Source: a virus (lineage: Duplodnaviria; Caudoviricetes). From it: DNA of 63,641 bases. Within the stretch, counting starts at the first letter, position 1. Each line of letters starts with the position of its first letter. The notes beneath the pieces were generated by a model. It was not told the DNA's origin, did no database searches, and saw nothing but the letters and a program-made list of their open reading frames with translations. The position numbers were made by a program, and so were the translations under genes. Where the stretch lies: positions 1-63,641 of the IMG/VR virus record IMGVR_UViG_3300032311_000461. The stretch is one strand, 5' to 3'. Shown here piece after piece: positions 52,714-63,518 of this stretch.

Positions 52714-53997
52714 TTACTTCCAGCCGGGGAAGAGGAAGTCAGGGACCGCCCAGTCGCGGAGAGTGCCCAGCGGTCCAAGCTGCTCGTTCGACTGCGCCCA
52801 CGTTGCGTTCTTATTGAAGATTCGCTGGTAGTTCTTCTGGTTCTCGGGGGTGTCAGCCGCCCCCGAATACTTCAGGAATTGCTGGTAGTTCATGTGACCA
52901 GCAACTTGCTGAAGCTCACTCGTTTCCTCAGGGGATAGCTGGCCCAGCCGACTGCCCATGTCCTTGACGATGGTCTGGTAGTGGTTCTCCACGCTGGCCT
53001 TTGCCGCCTTGGGATCACCGTTGGCACCGGCGTTGTAGAACGCTTCAATCGCAGCCTTGCGGGCAGGACCCGGAGGCATGGCCTGAATCTTTGCCATGTT
53101 CTCCTGAACGGAATCAGCGATTGCCTTGGGAGGCGGCTTCTGTCCGGCGATCTCAGCTTTGGCCCTCTCGCTGGCAGAGTGCTGGTCAGTCATGTTCTTG
53201 GCGGCATAGAGGAAGCCCGGTCCATACCGCTGCGAATACATGGCCGCAGCCGCGCTGGCAGAGGCAACGTCACCACGGGCAGCGTGACGCTGGACATCCT
53301 CCATAGCCATCACATACCCACGGTCCACACCCATCTGGTTGGCCACGTTCTGTTGCTTGGCCCGGTTGTCGATGTTTGTCCAAATCTGCGCTTCTTTCTG
53401 TGCATCCAAGTGCGCAGTCAACGCGCGGGTGGCAACAGCCCTAGCTGAGTGGGCAGAGCCGGGGACGTTGGTGGTGTTTGCTTGGTCGTATGAAGCAACT
53501 ATGTCTCCATAAATCTTAGGGTTGTCTGCAATCTGTGTGCGGTATCGACGCGCCTGATCCTTGAGGAACCGCTCACGCTGACCACGGGTGGCTGGTGTTC
53601 CCGGGGCGACAAACCCATTACCGTAATCCCGGTATCCAGCCGCAACCATCTCATCAATCGTTGCCGTCTTCGGATCGAACGGGGGCTGGGCTGGTGGAGC
53701 CGGGGGCTGCGGAGGAGGAGCCTGATTGCCACCGTTGTTCATGGCATTGATAACGTAACCAAGAACACCACCACCTGCGGCAAGGGCAGCACCAGCACCA
53801 AGTGCAGCACCCCACCCATTCCCTCTAGCCGGAACGTCAGGCGGCGGAAGGTTCCTGCCAGAAGGGGGCGGCGGAACATCCGGCGGCGGTGGCGAGAGAT
53901 TGCGACCGGGCGGAATGGAAGGCGGGCCACTACCACCCGGAGTCATAGACGAGGGGCCGGTCAGCCATTTGAGTGCATTGCGGATTTGCTGACTCAT
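52714..53997 (-). CDS. Putative internal virion protein
   Basis: Pro-rich repeats, Gly/Ala TM-like segment, helical remainder. Confidence 0.6.
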   Translation of the reverse strand: MSQQIRNALKWLTGPSSMTPGGSGPPSIPPGRNLSPPPPDVPPPPSGRNLPPPDVPARGNGWGAALGAGAALAAGGGVLGYVINAMNNGGNQAPPPQPPAPPAQPPFDPKTATIDEMVAAGYRDYGNGFVAPGTPATRGQRERFLKDQARRYRTQIADNPKIYGDIVASYDQANTTNVPGSAHSARAVATRALTAHLDAQKEAQIWTNIDNRAKQQNVANQMGVDRGYVMAMEDVQRHAARGDVASASAAAAMYSQRYGPGFLYAAKNMTDQHSASERAKAEIAGQKPPPKAIADSVQENMAKIQAMPPGPARKAAIEAFYNAGANGDPKAAKASVENHYQTIVKDMGSRLGQLSPEETSELQQVAGHMNYQQFLKYSGAADTPENQKNYQRIFNKNATWAQSNEQLGPLGTLRDWAVPDFLFPGWK

Positions 53998-56504
53998 CGG
54001 TTGTAGCTCTGAAGGATTTGGGTGTGGGGATTGACACGCATCTCAAAATTCTGGAGTGCCCTGATTCGATCCTCAGGCTTGGCACCAAGGTCTTGCCCCA
54101 TCGGGCCACCGGGAGGTCCGTAGGGGACGTAACCACCGGGTCCACCCGGCGGGTCCATAGGCCCACCGCCACCACCGCCACCACCACCCGGCGGCGGTCC
54201 ACCGTTGATCGGCGGCTGGCCACCCTGCCTCAGGAGTTCGTAGCCCAAGATGCCGCCGCCAACCACGCCAGCCCGCTTGGCCCACTTCTTCCAAGCTGGC
54301 TCTGGTGTCGGGGCGGGCTTCTTCACCTCAAACTCAACGTCGATGGGCTCGTTGTTGAGGTCGAGGTCCCTTTGCCGGGGAGGCAGAATCTCGTCAGCAT
54401 CAATGGGTGTGGAGGATGCAGCCAAATTGTTGGCGTGTAGGTCGGCCACCTCGGTCGGCTGCCGGGTCGGGATCATTGCCCCAGCGTTTGGATTTAAAGT
54501 TCCGGTGTCAGGGTCGCGTGGCCCCCGCATGGAGTTGATGCCAGACATTCTGTCCAGCCGCTCGGACAGTCTCAGCCGTTGCTGGAGGTCTGCAATCTGG
54601 GTGGCCTTCGCCGCCGCAGCACGGGTGCCCGGTGCCTCGGGCTCGTTGGATTCCATGAGGGCCCGCAACTGTCTGCGAAGGGTAGAGGAACGCTCAGTCT
54701 CGCCGCCCTCCGTCTGGAACATCCGCCTCTGCTCTAGGTCGTGATCGCTGACGATCCGGTTCTCGCGGTTGTAGGCAGCAAAGGGCTGTTGGTCCTGATA
54801 CTCACCCGGCTTGTTGCCCGGGAGTTCCTTGGTCTTAGTCCGGCCCATGCCAGTGCGGTCACCCAAGTCTCGACCACGGGCGAAGCTGGGCTCCACCTCT
54901 TCGGTCGAGATGGGTTCGCCGTCGCCACCCACTCGCTGTTGGTGAAGGTCGGCAAGGTCATCGGCATCAACGTCCTCGCCAATCTCCATCCCGGGCTTGC
55001 CGGGGCGGGCGACTGCCTTGAGTGGAGGAGCCTCGCCACGCACGTTCGGAGTGCCAAGGTTGGGGACGTTGGCAGGGTCCTGACTGGTGGCAACACCTTC
55101 ACCAACGCCACCAGCCGGGGCCGCAGGCTCACTCGTACCCGGGCGAGTGCTGGGCTTGTAGTTTTCGCCCCACCCCTCATGCCCGAAAATGTCCTGAAAC
55201 TTGCGGGCAAGGGAGGCAACAGCTTGCTCCTGCATGAGTGCCCGCTCGGCAGTCTTGGTGGAACGAACCGTGTCGCTCATGTTCTGCCGCATCATGCGAC
55301 CGGCGGCAGCTTCAGTCATCTCGCCGGGGGGCGGCATATACATCCCCTGATTGCCAAGCCCCGGACTGGTGCGTTCCGTTATGAAATCGTCATCGTAGTT
55401 GTAGCTCTGCAACATCTCTGTCGCATCCGCCCGCTCACGGGCAGTGACCGGCGTGACGTTCAGACCTTCCTGATCCACGCTCTCAACGAACGCACGGGCG
55501 AAGTCTTCAGCGGAGTTGAATTGCTGGTTTGGGTGGGTGAACTCACCCTTCTTCACAAAGCTAAACGCCCGCAAGGCATCGCTGTGGTCGGCAGGCCGGA
55601 CACTCGTAACGTGCCGCTTCATCTTGCTGCCGGTGTTGCCGGGAGCAAAGACGCTGGGGTTGTCTTGCTGGACATCCGCCGTGTCGTACATCAGCGGATC
55701 GTCTGCCCGCTTGCTGTCGATTACACCGTGAGCATTGCTGGTTTCTGCCAGCCTGTGCATGAGCTTGGTGGCTTCTTGCTGCGGAGTCTGAGTGCCAGCG
55801 GACAGGGCTCGACCGGGCTTGCGATTGCCGGGGGTGTTGGCGGCATCGTCATAGATAGGGCCAACAGGCAGACCTTCCTTGGCGCGTTCGATGGAACGCT
55901 TGGTCTGACCGTCGAGGTGCTGGTCGGTGTGCTTGATTCGGAAGCTGCCGTCCTTGTTCTCCGCGATCTCCTCGTTGCTGCGGAAGGATGCAGTGTCCTT
56001 GAGTTTCCGGCTTTGCTCTGACTGCTTGTCAGGCCGGAACGTCTTTGGCTCAAGGTCGGCCTCGGCACTAACGAGGTCGAGCCGCTGCCCACCGCCCGGG
56101 GTGGCTGGCTTGCTGGTAATCCATGACGGGTCCGGGTCCTTCTTGTTGAACACCGCATCAACGAGCATCTGCCCCTCGGGGGTCAGGCTGATTGCCTTGG
56201 CCGGGGACTGCGGGTCGCGTGTCTCTCTGGCAATGGATGCCATGAGGTTGGCCTTGGCCCGGGGCGACAAGCCGTCCACGATCTGCCGCAACTGGGCAAG
56301 GTCTTGCGGGGCACCGCTGTAGATCAGGTTGCGAACCACGCTGATCGGCAGGCCATCGTCTGCATTGTTCAGGGTGGTGTTTGGGCTCTGGGCGAGGGGC
56401 TTGCGCAGAGCGGTATCGCCCGTCTTTAAAGACGGGGCATCAGGAGCGGCTGGAGCGTTCGCCCCGCTGAGTGCCTTGAGTGATTTGCGGATTGTCTCGC
56501 TCAT
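53994..56504 (-). CDS. Putative internal virion protein (largely disordered)
   Basis: 836 aa, coupled, Gly/Pro-rich C-terminus. Confidence 0.6.
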   Translation of the reverse strand: MSETIRKSLKALSGANAPAAPDAPSLKTGDTALRKPLAQSPNTTLNNADDGLPISVVRNLIYSGAPQDLAQLRQIVDGLSPRAKANLMASIARETRDPQSPAKAISLTPEGQMLVDAVFNKKDPDPSWITSKPATPGGGQRLDLVSAEADLEPKTFRPDKQSEQSRKLKDTASFRSNEEIAENKDGSFRIKHTDQHLDGQTKRSIERAKEGLPVGPIYDDAANTPGNRKPGRALSAGTQTPQQEATKLMHRLAETSNAHGVIDSKRADDPLMYDTADVQQDNPSVFAPGNTGSKMKRHVTSVRPADHSDALRAFSFVKKGEFTHPNQQFNSAEDFARAFVESVDQEGLNVTPVTARERADATEMLQSYNYDDDFITERTSPGLGNQGMYMPPPGEMTEAAAGRMMRQNMSDTVRSTKTAERALMQEQAVASLARKFQDIFGHEGWGENYKPSTRPGTSEPAAPAGGVGEGVATSQDPANVPNLGTPNVRGEAPPLKAVARPGKPGMEIGEDVDADDLADLHQQRVGGDGEPISTEEVEPSFARGRDLGDRTGMGRTKTKELPGNKPGEYQDQQPFAAYNRENRIVSDHDLEQRRMFQTEGGETERSSTLRRQLRALMESNEPEAPGTRAAAAKATQIADLQQRLRLSERLDRMSGINSMRGPRDPDTGTLNPNAGAMIPTRQPTEVADLHANNLAASSTPIDADEILPPRQRDLDLNNEPIDVEFEVKKPAPTPEPAWKKWAKRAGVVGGGILGYELLRQGGQPPINGGPPPGGGGGGGGGPMDPPGGPGGYVPYGPPGGPMGQDLGAKPEDRIRALQNFEMRVNPHTQILQSYNR

Positions 56505-56779
56505 GCGTCTTCTTTCTTCTTGCGGCGGAATGGCAGATCGTTGTCGCCAAGATCGTCCTTCGTGACTTTCGGAGTCTTGGGCTTGCCGTTCTTGGCTTCC
56601 TTCAGATCAGCGAGGGACTTGGATTTCGCCTCATCCTTGTCCGCGTGTTCTTCCTTCTCTTCGTCGGTCTTCTTGCCGTAGGGAAGCTGGTTGCGCACGA
56701 TCCCGTTCAGCACCTTGCGGAGTTGCTTGGGGGTGAGGTCATCCAGATCAAGGCCCGAAATCGCTTGGTGGCTCATCAC
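56501..56779 (-). CDS. Small charged protein
   Basis: 92 aa Lys/Glu/Asp-rich, AGGAG SD. Confidence 0.7.
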   Translation of the reverse strand: MMSHQAISGLDLDDLTPKQLRKVLNGIVRNQLPYGKKTDEEKEEHADKDEAKSKSLADLKEAKNGKPKTPKVTKDDLGDNDLPFRRKKKEDA

Positions 56780-56784
56780 TTCTC

Positions 56785-57282
56785 CTATGCAAGACCCTTG
56801 CCCAACATGGCAAGACGCAGACGTTGCTGTGCCTGTTGACGAGCGAATTGAATAGACGCTCGGTTACTTTGTTGATTGAACTTGTTGGCGAATCCCGCTT
56901 CGTTTGCTTCAGTCATCTGTCCGTAGTCGAAAGCCATAGCCCCTTGGCGAAGCATCTCGTTGTCGAATCTCGCCTGAGAGTTAAAGCCTTGGTCTTCCGC
57001 ACGAATGGCGGCAGCACCCTTGGCTCCCTCTGCGGCACCGGCTGCCTCGGCCTGAGCGGCATACATCTGTTGGTTGGCACCAACGGAAAAGCCCTTGCCA
57101 GCGTTGGCCTGCAACGCATCCCTGCCTGCGGTCTGCCCCTTCTGTAGACCACTGGCATAGACGTTGTTCGCCATGTCCTCGGTAGCTGAGTCGGCAATCA
57201 GCCGGGGCGGCTTGATGCGGAACGATGTGTTGCTTGCGCCTAGCATGGTTACCCAATCATTCCGATGAGGCTGGTCTGCCAC
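56785..57282 (-). CDS. Ala/Gln-rich putative internal virion protein
   Basis: 165 aa helical. Confidence 0.65.
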   Translation of the reverse strand: MADQPHRNDWVTMLGASNTSFRIKPPRLIADSATEDMANNVYASGLQKGQTAGRDALQANAGKGFSVGANQQMYAAQAEAAGAAEGAKGAAAIRAEDQGFNSQARFDNEMLRQGAMAFDYGQMTEANEAGFANKFNQQSNRASIQFARQQAQQRLRLAMLGKGLA

Positions 57283-57668
57283 TCAGAGTTCAGGCCGATC
57301 TGTTGCTCAAGCAGCTTGGCGGCGAGAGAGGACTGTTGGTTGCGCTGCCCCATCAGTTGCTTGTAGCGGCCCATCTGAGCCTGCCGCCATTGCTGGCCCA
57401 TCTGTTCGCCTTGCTTCGCCTGAGTGTTGCCCATCTCGGCATTGGCCTTCATCGTGTCACGGTTCACTTGGGCGGCATTTGAGAACGCCATCCCCTTGGC
57501 ATAATCGCTGGCAGCCCGGTCCCCGGTGGCCGTCCCGGTGTGCGGCGTGAAGGCAGAAGACTCTTTGAGAAGCCCCTGACGCAGGGACCCAGCGTTGAAC
57601 CCCTGCCCGTTGGTGGGCATCTTGGGGGCGGAATTGACGGTCGGTGCTTGTGGTAGTGGAGACTTCAT
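57249..57668 (-). CDS. Gln/Ala-rich putative internal virion protein
   Basis: 139 aa. Confidence 0.65.
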   Translation of the reverse strand: MKSPLPQAPTVNSAPKMPTNGQGFNAGSLRQGLLKESSAFTPHTGTATGDRAASDYAKGMAFSNAAQVNRDTMKANAEMGNTQAKQGEQMGQQWRQAQMGRYKQLMGQRNQQSSLAAKLLEQQIGLNSEWQTSLIGMIG

Positions 57669-57671
57669 GGA

Positions 57672-58313
57672 TTACCCCAACAGTGAGCGGGCAAGTGGGC
57701 TTTGAGCATAGGCGTGGGGAGTGAACGTCCGGTTCCCCTGCCCGTCATAGCGGAGCGTGTGCCCGCCCAATCCTGCCATCCCCAAGAGCAAACGGTTACG
57801 GGCCTGACGGGCGGCATCACTTCTCTGAAACCCGCCGCCAAATCCACCCTGAGGTTCAGCTTGTGCCCGCTGGTTGGCACCCTGTTGCCGCAGTGACTCC
57901 ATCTCGTATTCGTGCTGGCGTTCCCGCTCATGCTCTGCCAGCTTCCTGCGGGACTCCATCTCATGGCCGATGGCTGCGTTGGTGGCAGCGAACATATCCT
58001 GTTGGGCACCGAAGTGCTGGGCAGCCATCGGGTGCTGCCACTGCGGGAGAGGAGCGTCACCCATAGCGTTGGCGTGGGCTACCGCATGGCCTGCTGCGGC
58101 ACGGGGGCGGGCCTGACCGTGGCCTTGGTTACGCTCCTTGGCAGCTTGCTGAACCATTCCCTGCCGGAAGGACTGCCCCTTGTCGGGGGTCCAACGCGCG
58201 TGCATATCCTCATTCATCATCTTCTGGGCTTCTTCAGGGTCATCCGAATACATATCCGGGGTTACGCCCTGAGAGCGATAGGCCAAGCCGTAGTTGAAGT
58301 TGTTGAATGCCAT
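57672..58313 (-). CDS. Gln/Ala-rich putative internal virion protein
   Basis: 213 aa; ATG 7 nt after CCGGGACATAA. Confidence 0.7.
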   Translation of the reverse strand: MAFNNFNYGLAYRSQGVTPDMYSDDPEEAQKMMNEDMHARWTPDKGQSFRQGMVQQAAKERNQGHGQARPRAAAGHAVAHANAMGDAPLPQWQHPMAAQHFGAQQDMFAATNAAIGHEMESRRKLAEHERERQHEYEMESLRQQGANQRAQAEPQGGFGGGFQRSDAARQARNRLLLGMAGLGGHTLRYDGQGNRTFTPHAYAQSPLARSLLG

Positions 58314-58320
58314 GCCTTAC

Positions 58321-58331
58321 TTATGTCCCGG
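58321..58331 (-). promoter_or_regulatory. Late-promoter-like motif CCGGGACATAA, copy 3
   Basis: Exact repeat at the head of the internal-protein operon. Confidence 0.55.
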
Positions 58332-58336
58332 TCGGC

Positions 58337-58762
58337 TCAAACTGAAACGCTACCTTCGGCTTTTCGCTCTGCCAGCGTAACCGCAGCCATAACCAAGGCC
58401 CTCCCGGCCATGCGGACAAACGGCAGGCCCCGCTTCTTGGACTCTTCCCCTAGCCAATCAACCACTGTCTCAATGTTATCCTTAACCCACTGGCATCCCA
58501 TCTTGTCCATGTAAGCAGCCCTTGAGTTACAGCTACAAGTCGGGGAAGCCGTAATGCCAATCCGTTTCAACAGGCCCTTGAGTTGGACCCCGGCCAGACA
58601 CTTCGGCTGCTCAGGGCCACGGGCGTGGGGGTAGCTTTCGTGAGTCTCGTCTATGACCCACAGGTCCCCCTTCTGCTTGACTACACATGGCATGACCTCT
58701 TCAAGGGTGTAGCCCCGCTCTTGGCATCTGGCTATCAGGTTGTCTTTGTGGCAGGCGATCAT
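58337..58762 (-). CDS. Conserved hypothetical protein with CSC motif
   Basis: GVQLKGLLKRIGI...TCSCNSRAAYMD..G..W...NIETVVDWL; ATGA coupling. Confidence 0.75.
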   Translation of the reverse strand: MIACHKDNLIARCQERGYTLEEVMPCVVKQKGDLWVIDETHESYPHARGPEQPKCLAGVQLKGLLKRIGITASPTCSCNSRAAYMDKMGCQWVKDNIETVVDWLGEESKKRGLPFVRMAGRALVMAAVTLAERKAEGSVSV

Positions 58763-60327
58763 GGGAGGGGGTTCTCCTTTACCGCAGGACAAAGCGACTG
58801 ATCCGGCGAGAACTCTGGCTGTGCGCTGCCATCAATACAGCCACAGTCCGCGTTGTATTCGCAGCACACGCGGACACAGGTGACAAAATTACCGTCTGCG
58901 TCGTAATCAGCCTGCCACTCGTCACATACCTTTTGGCCTTCGCACGTTGGCGGCGGCGGCTCTCGGCAAGGGGCTTGAGTTGCCATAGGGGCACCACCCA
59001 TTTGCTCGCAATCTTTGATCGCGTCGAGTGTGTCCTGTAGATAGTCTCCGTTCTCCTCAAATCCGCAAGCAACCGGCGTGGATTTGATGCAAAAAATCGC
59101 CCCACCTGCCTCTATGCAGTCATACCCATCTGGGCACCCGTCGCACGTTTCCGGGTAAGCTCCAGAATCACACTCGACACAGCACTCCTTGTCCGGTGGT
59201 GGCGGCGGATTGCAGGCAGCTTCGCATTCCTTGCTGGTGTCGTAGGGTCCAGACACTATTTCCCAGATGTCTGGATTAAAGTCTGTTTCCCTCATGCAGA
59301 ACTTGCTTTGACCAACGCAGTCGGTAAGGGTTGCCTGCGGCCCGTCTATCGTCGCTGGGATTGATGGGTATTGGCAGCCTAAGCCCGGCGGGCACCCCAC
59401 GTTTCGGCAGTCTTGGAAACCGCCCTCCCAGCTAGGAACACCTCCATTTATAACAACTCGCCAGTTGCAGTAGTTCTTGCCCGCATCGCAATACGGCTGC
59501 ACACAGATATACCTAATAGGGGGCGGGCACAATCCGTCGTAGTCATCAGAGCCAGCGTCCAGCCCCTTTTCTTCCCATTTGCTTGGCGGGCAGTTGTTGC
59601 TGCTGTCTAGGATTCTGGCCCTCGCACTGCTGACTTGCCTGTCTTTGTTGGCTAGGTCGCAGGCCACTGACAACGGGCCACATAGCTCAAACAACTGCGG
59701 CCCTAGGTCTGCTGCCCCACCTGCGCCTTTGACTACAGCACCATCTTTGTTCAGGAACTCAATCTCCAAACTAGCCTTAGATCGACTGTCTGCGGAGTCA
59801 TCAAAGCAACCGTCTGGCGGGGACCAATCTGTCTCGATGATCACGCAGAGCAACTGACCGCCGCCATTTGGGTCATCCCGCTTCTCTAGTCTTAGGCTCG
59901 TTATGGAGGGAGGCGGGAAGCACTTGCACTCCTCCAAGCAATCCGCCTCGACATCTTCTTTGTTCGGATTGCCCCCTCTTCCAATGCAATCGTTGGTATA
60001 TGCGGGCCTGTTGACTAGCTCACCGCTTTCGCAGAACCAGCAATCACACGGGGGATTGGGGTTTTTTTCGTACCACTGATTGCAGGCATCCTCGCTGCGG
60101 CAGTCGTAGGGAGCATCACCGCACTGGCTTTCAAGGAATGGGTTGTCATCTATCCGGTCTGGCCTGCACTTGCCGGTAGAGCATGGATCAGGGGGAATCC
60201 ATGTGCAGTATTTGCCGGGAGGGCAGGGGCCGTCGCCACAGCATGAGCATTCCGCAATGTTGTCAGTCTTGACAAACTTGCCGTTCTTCTTCAGGAACTT
60301 GCCGTCCTTTTTGACCAACTTGCCCAT
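58759..60327 (-). CDS. Cysteine-rich protein
   Basis: Dozens of Cys, N-terminal KKDGKF repeats then ECSCC. Confidence 0.8.
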   Translation of the reverse strand: MGKLVKKDGKFLKKNGKFVKTDNIAECSCCGDGPCPPGKYCTWIPPDPCSTGKCRPDRIDDNPFLESQCGDAPYDCRSEDACNQWYEKNPNPPCDCWFCESGELVNRPAYTNDCIGRGGNPNKEDVEADCLEECKCFPPPSITSLRLEKRDDPNGGGQLLCVIIETDWSPPDGCFDDSADSRSKASLEIEFLNKDGAVVKGAGGAADLGPQLFELCGPLSVACDLANKDRQVSSARARILDSSNNCPPSKWEEKGLDAGSDDYDGLCPPPIRYICVQPYCDAGKNYCNWRVVINGGVPSWEGGFQDCRNVGCPPGLGCQYPSIPATIDGPQATLTDCVGQSKFCMRETDFNPDIWEIVSGPYDTSKECEAACNPPPPPDKECCVECDSGAYPETCDGCPDGYDCIEAGGAIFCIKSTPVACGFEENGDYLQDTLDAIKDCEQMGGAPMATQAPCREPPPPTCEGQKVCDEWQADYDADGNFVTCVRVCCEYNADCGCIDGSAQPEFSPDQSLCPAVKENPLP

Positions 60328-60980
60328 CAGCAATTCACCGTGTCTTTGAGTTGCTTCTCAATAGACTTAACCTTATCGTCTAGCTTTTCGAGTCGGTCGC
60401 AAATGCTGGCACGGTCAGTTCCGCAGTCTCCAAATCTGTTGGCTTGCTGTTCAAGGATTGAGCATGGGTCCTGACCCTTGAACTTCCCCTTACAGCACTT
60501 GAGGCAGTTAGTCGGCTTTTCGTCTTCTTCCTCAAGTGCTTTGATTCTTTTGGCAAGGTCTTTTAGCTGCTTGTACAGGTCGCTCAGGTCTACCCCGCCG
60601 CCACGGGTAATGATGGTGGTGATGCCGTCCTGACCGGCCTGACCCTGCATACCGTCTTGGCCGTCTTGCCCAGTGGCCCCGGTAGCACCCCTCGCCCATG
60701 CCCAGAGCCCGTCCTTGCCAGCCCTACCGGCAAGCCCGGGTTGTCGATCCTCTTCAGGGGCACTGAAGCGATTCCTGAAGGCAGCACCATCGCTGTTGGC
60801 CCGGGAGATGTTTTCGAGGTTGGCAGAAGAGTTATCACCACTGCCACCGTTTGCACGGTAGTCGTAGTACATTGCTATTGCTGAAGACAGTCGGGCGGCT
60901 ATGTCCTGTGACTGGCCGGGCGGGATGCCAGTCTGAGTAAGCAGGCTTTGGATTTCGTTGATTGCTTTTTCGTAGGACAT
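60327..60980 (-). CDS. Collagen/coiled-coil protein
   Basis: GATGATGQDGQDG, coiled coils, Cys cluster. Confidence 0.75.
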   Translation of the reverse strand: MSYEKAINEIQSLLTQTGIPPGQSQDIAARLSSAIAMYYDYRANGGSGDNSSANLENISRANSDGAAFRNRFSAPEEDRQPGLAGRAGKDGLWAWARGATGATGQDGQDGMQGQAGQDGITTIITRGGGVDLSDLYKQLKDLAKRIKALEEEDEKPTNCLKCCKGKFKGQDPCSILEQQANRFGDCGTDRASICDRLEKLDDKVKSIEKQLKDTVNC

Positions 60981-63518
60981 TACTCGCTCCCGGCGGCTGC
61001 AACTCCATCTAAATCTACAGAGTGGATTACAACGGGGCCAGAGTTACTTTGCTGCCCATGTAGGCGAACAGATACATGGGAGTCATTGCCATAGAAAGCC
61101 TCTATGGTCTTGCCCGCAAACAGGGCTCTGGCAATGCCGTGCGACTCGGCCTCTTGGTGGGGCAGCTTGACCATGTTGACAAAGGCTTCCGGTGCCTCCA
61201 TGTCATGGATGAACCCCACCCCGCGATCCCTCATGGCTACGTTGCCTCGGGGGGTGTTGCTGCCGTTGTAAAAGTTGGACAGTTTCAGCAAGGAATCGGA
61301 GTCAGTTGGCCGATAGACCACGGCGACATTGCGGGAGTTTTGCTGACCACCGTTCTTGGCAGTGGAATCGGTGATGAACTCCATGTTCCCGGTGCGGAAT
61401 GCGTAGTCCACAGGTGTGCCATCGTCCGTAAGACCATCGGCAAACAGGTGGAGGTTCGACTCACTGGCAGTGATGGCTTGGATAGAGCCATCTTCCATCC
61501 GCGCCTCGGTGGCGGCACTGAAAACGTAGGGGTATTTCTCCTGCCAGTAGGTCTTGGAGTCGGGGTCATAGACAATCTGGCGGGATGGGTAGATGCCCTC
61601 GTCCCCGTTGAATGAAACGTGGATGCGGATGACCCCCAAGTTCTTGTCTGCCCTCACGAAGAACCATTCCCGCTTGCTGAAATCAATGGTGTCCACGGTC
61701 GGATCGGGACTGGTTCGGAACAAGCTGGCGATGTTGTCCGATATGTCCTCGACCTGACCCTGAGGATCAAGCGTGTAGAAGCCGTTGTCATCCAAGAGGT
61801 AGCCAGTGCCCATCCAGATGTCCCAGCACCTCTGATTCAGGCAGCCTCGGTAGGCAACCAAGGAGGTGGTGGCATCCATCTCGGGCCGGGAGACAAAGTT
61901 CAGACGGTTTATGTGCCTCGACTGGCAGACCATCAAGGCTCCTGCGTAGGGGATCAGTGCCGTGACGTAGTCCGTATCGCGGACGTTGGACTGTAGAGGT
62001 AGCTCATTGGTTTCGGGAACAGCCTCGGGCTTGTCGGCCTCGGAGAACAGCAAGGTGTTGGGGCGTTTCCCTGTGGTGTCCACCCCCAGAAAAGTGCGGT
62101 CCTGAAACACCACACCCACCGCGAAATCAGAACTGGCTATACCGTACTTGTTCAGATTCAGGCTGCCGTCTGAGTAGAGAATAGGCTGGGTTTCGTAGCC
62201 TTCTCTCTTGGTGTCCTGAACTAAGTCGGCATCTGACAGAAGGTCTTCGTAGGTGATGATTCCCGGCGACAGCCTGCCATTGTCGGCAGTTGTTCCTATG
62301 GGAAGTTTTGCCACTCGGAATAGCTGGGTGGCCTGATTGCTACTGGACCGCCAAAGCTCTACATGAGTGGCAGTTGCTGGAGGGGTGCCCGGGAGCGTCC
62401 ATGTGAGCTTCTTTGCCACATCCCCGCAGTCCACCTCATTGACGGGACTGAGGTTTGAGTAGATCGGGCCACCGCTTTCCTTGCTCACGTTCTCGTTGGA
62501 GTATCTGTAGTAACACTGATATTTGCCCCGGAAGTGGGCCCTGACGATAGCCAGTCCCTTAGCACCACCAACGTCCCCGGCAGTGTTCACAATCTTGGGT
62601 GGGAAGAGATATAGCTTGTTGGGCTCATCAAGGATCAGCTTGGTGACCTTGCCGTCACAATCAACCTCGGTGTTGATGATGTCGCCATCTTCAGTCGTGA
62701 ATGTCGGGGGAGTGAGGTATCCCGAACCACCATTGGTCACGGTGGTTTTAATCTTCCTCTGCTTGTACGGGTTTGCGTCGATGATCGAAATAAGATCGGG
62801 TGCGCTAGGTCCGTACCGGGTGACACCTTCCGCTTTCAGTTGGCATTGCTGGTATGTTCTGCAATCTGGGCCGACACCACCCCAGCCTGACGAGAATGCG
62901 TTGGCTACATGAACCTGTGCAGTGACAACATCCCCGGGTTGGTAGCCAGAGCCAAAGTCATACACCTGAACGCGAACACCAAAGTCGCTCAGTTCAGTGC
63001 CGTCTGAGTTCTGGTCGAGGCAGTTGCCGTTGTATGGGCCACCGTCAAGCCAGAAGATAGCCTTGGCACCACTGCCAGAGCCGCCAGTTGCATTGACGAT
63101 GATGCCCTGCCCTTCGCGGGCGTAGCTAGACAAGCAGAACCAGAACCAAGTGGGAAGCTCGGAGATCTCCCAGTACACGATCCCAGTGTCAGGGTCACCC
63201 TTGGCGTGACCATCCTCTAGCTCAAGAACTGCCGTTGCTCCAGTTCCAGTTGCCGGGCCGTTGGGTGTGTCGGTGAATGTGACGCAGGGAACTGTTGTGT
63301 AGCCGGCACCGTTGCTGACCATCTCAGTCTCTGACACCCGTGCGTCAGCGATGCGGGAGAGTGCCGTGGCTTGCTTGCCACCTGCGGGAGGAGCAGCAAT
63401 GCTGACAGCAGGGGGAAGGTTGTAGCCGTTGCCTGCGTCGATGATGTCTACACGGGCAACATAGTAGCTGGCAGCGGTGTCGATGGTGATCTCGGGCTTA
63501 TCCGCTGGGGCATCTAAG
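60980..63518 (-). CDS. Tail tubular protein B / P22 gp10-like stabilisation protein (3' part; begins at 398)
   Basis: FQDRTFL...LLFSE..KPE beta-propeller pattern; inserted VTNGGSGY..PP repeats. Confidence 0.65.

Noticed and set aside
48907-56504. Virion RNA polymerase among the large proteins
   Set aside because: No DxDGD or T7-type polymerase motifs seen; a structure search would be needed to exclude it fully
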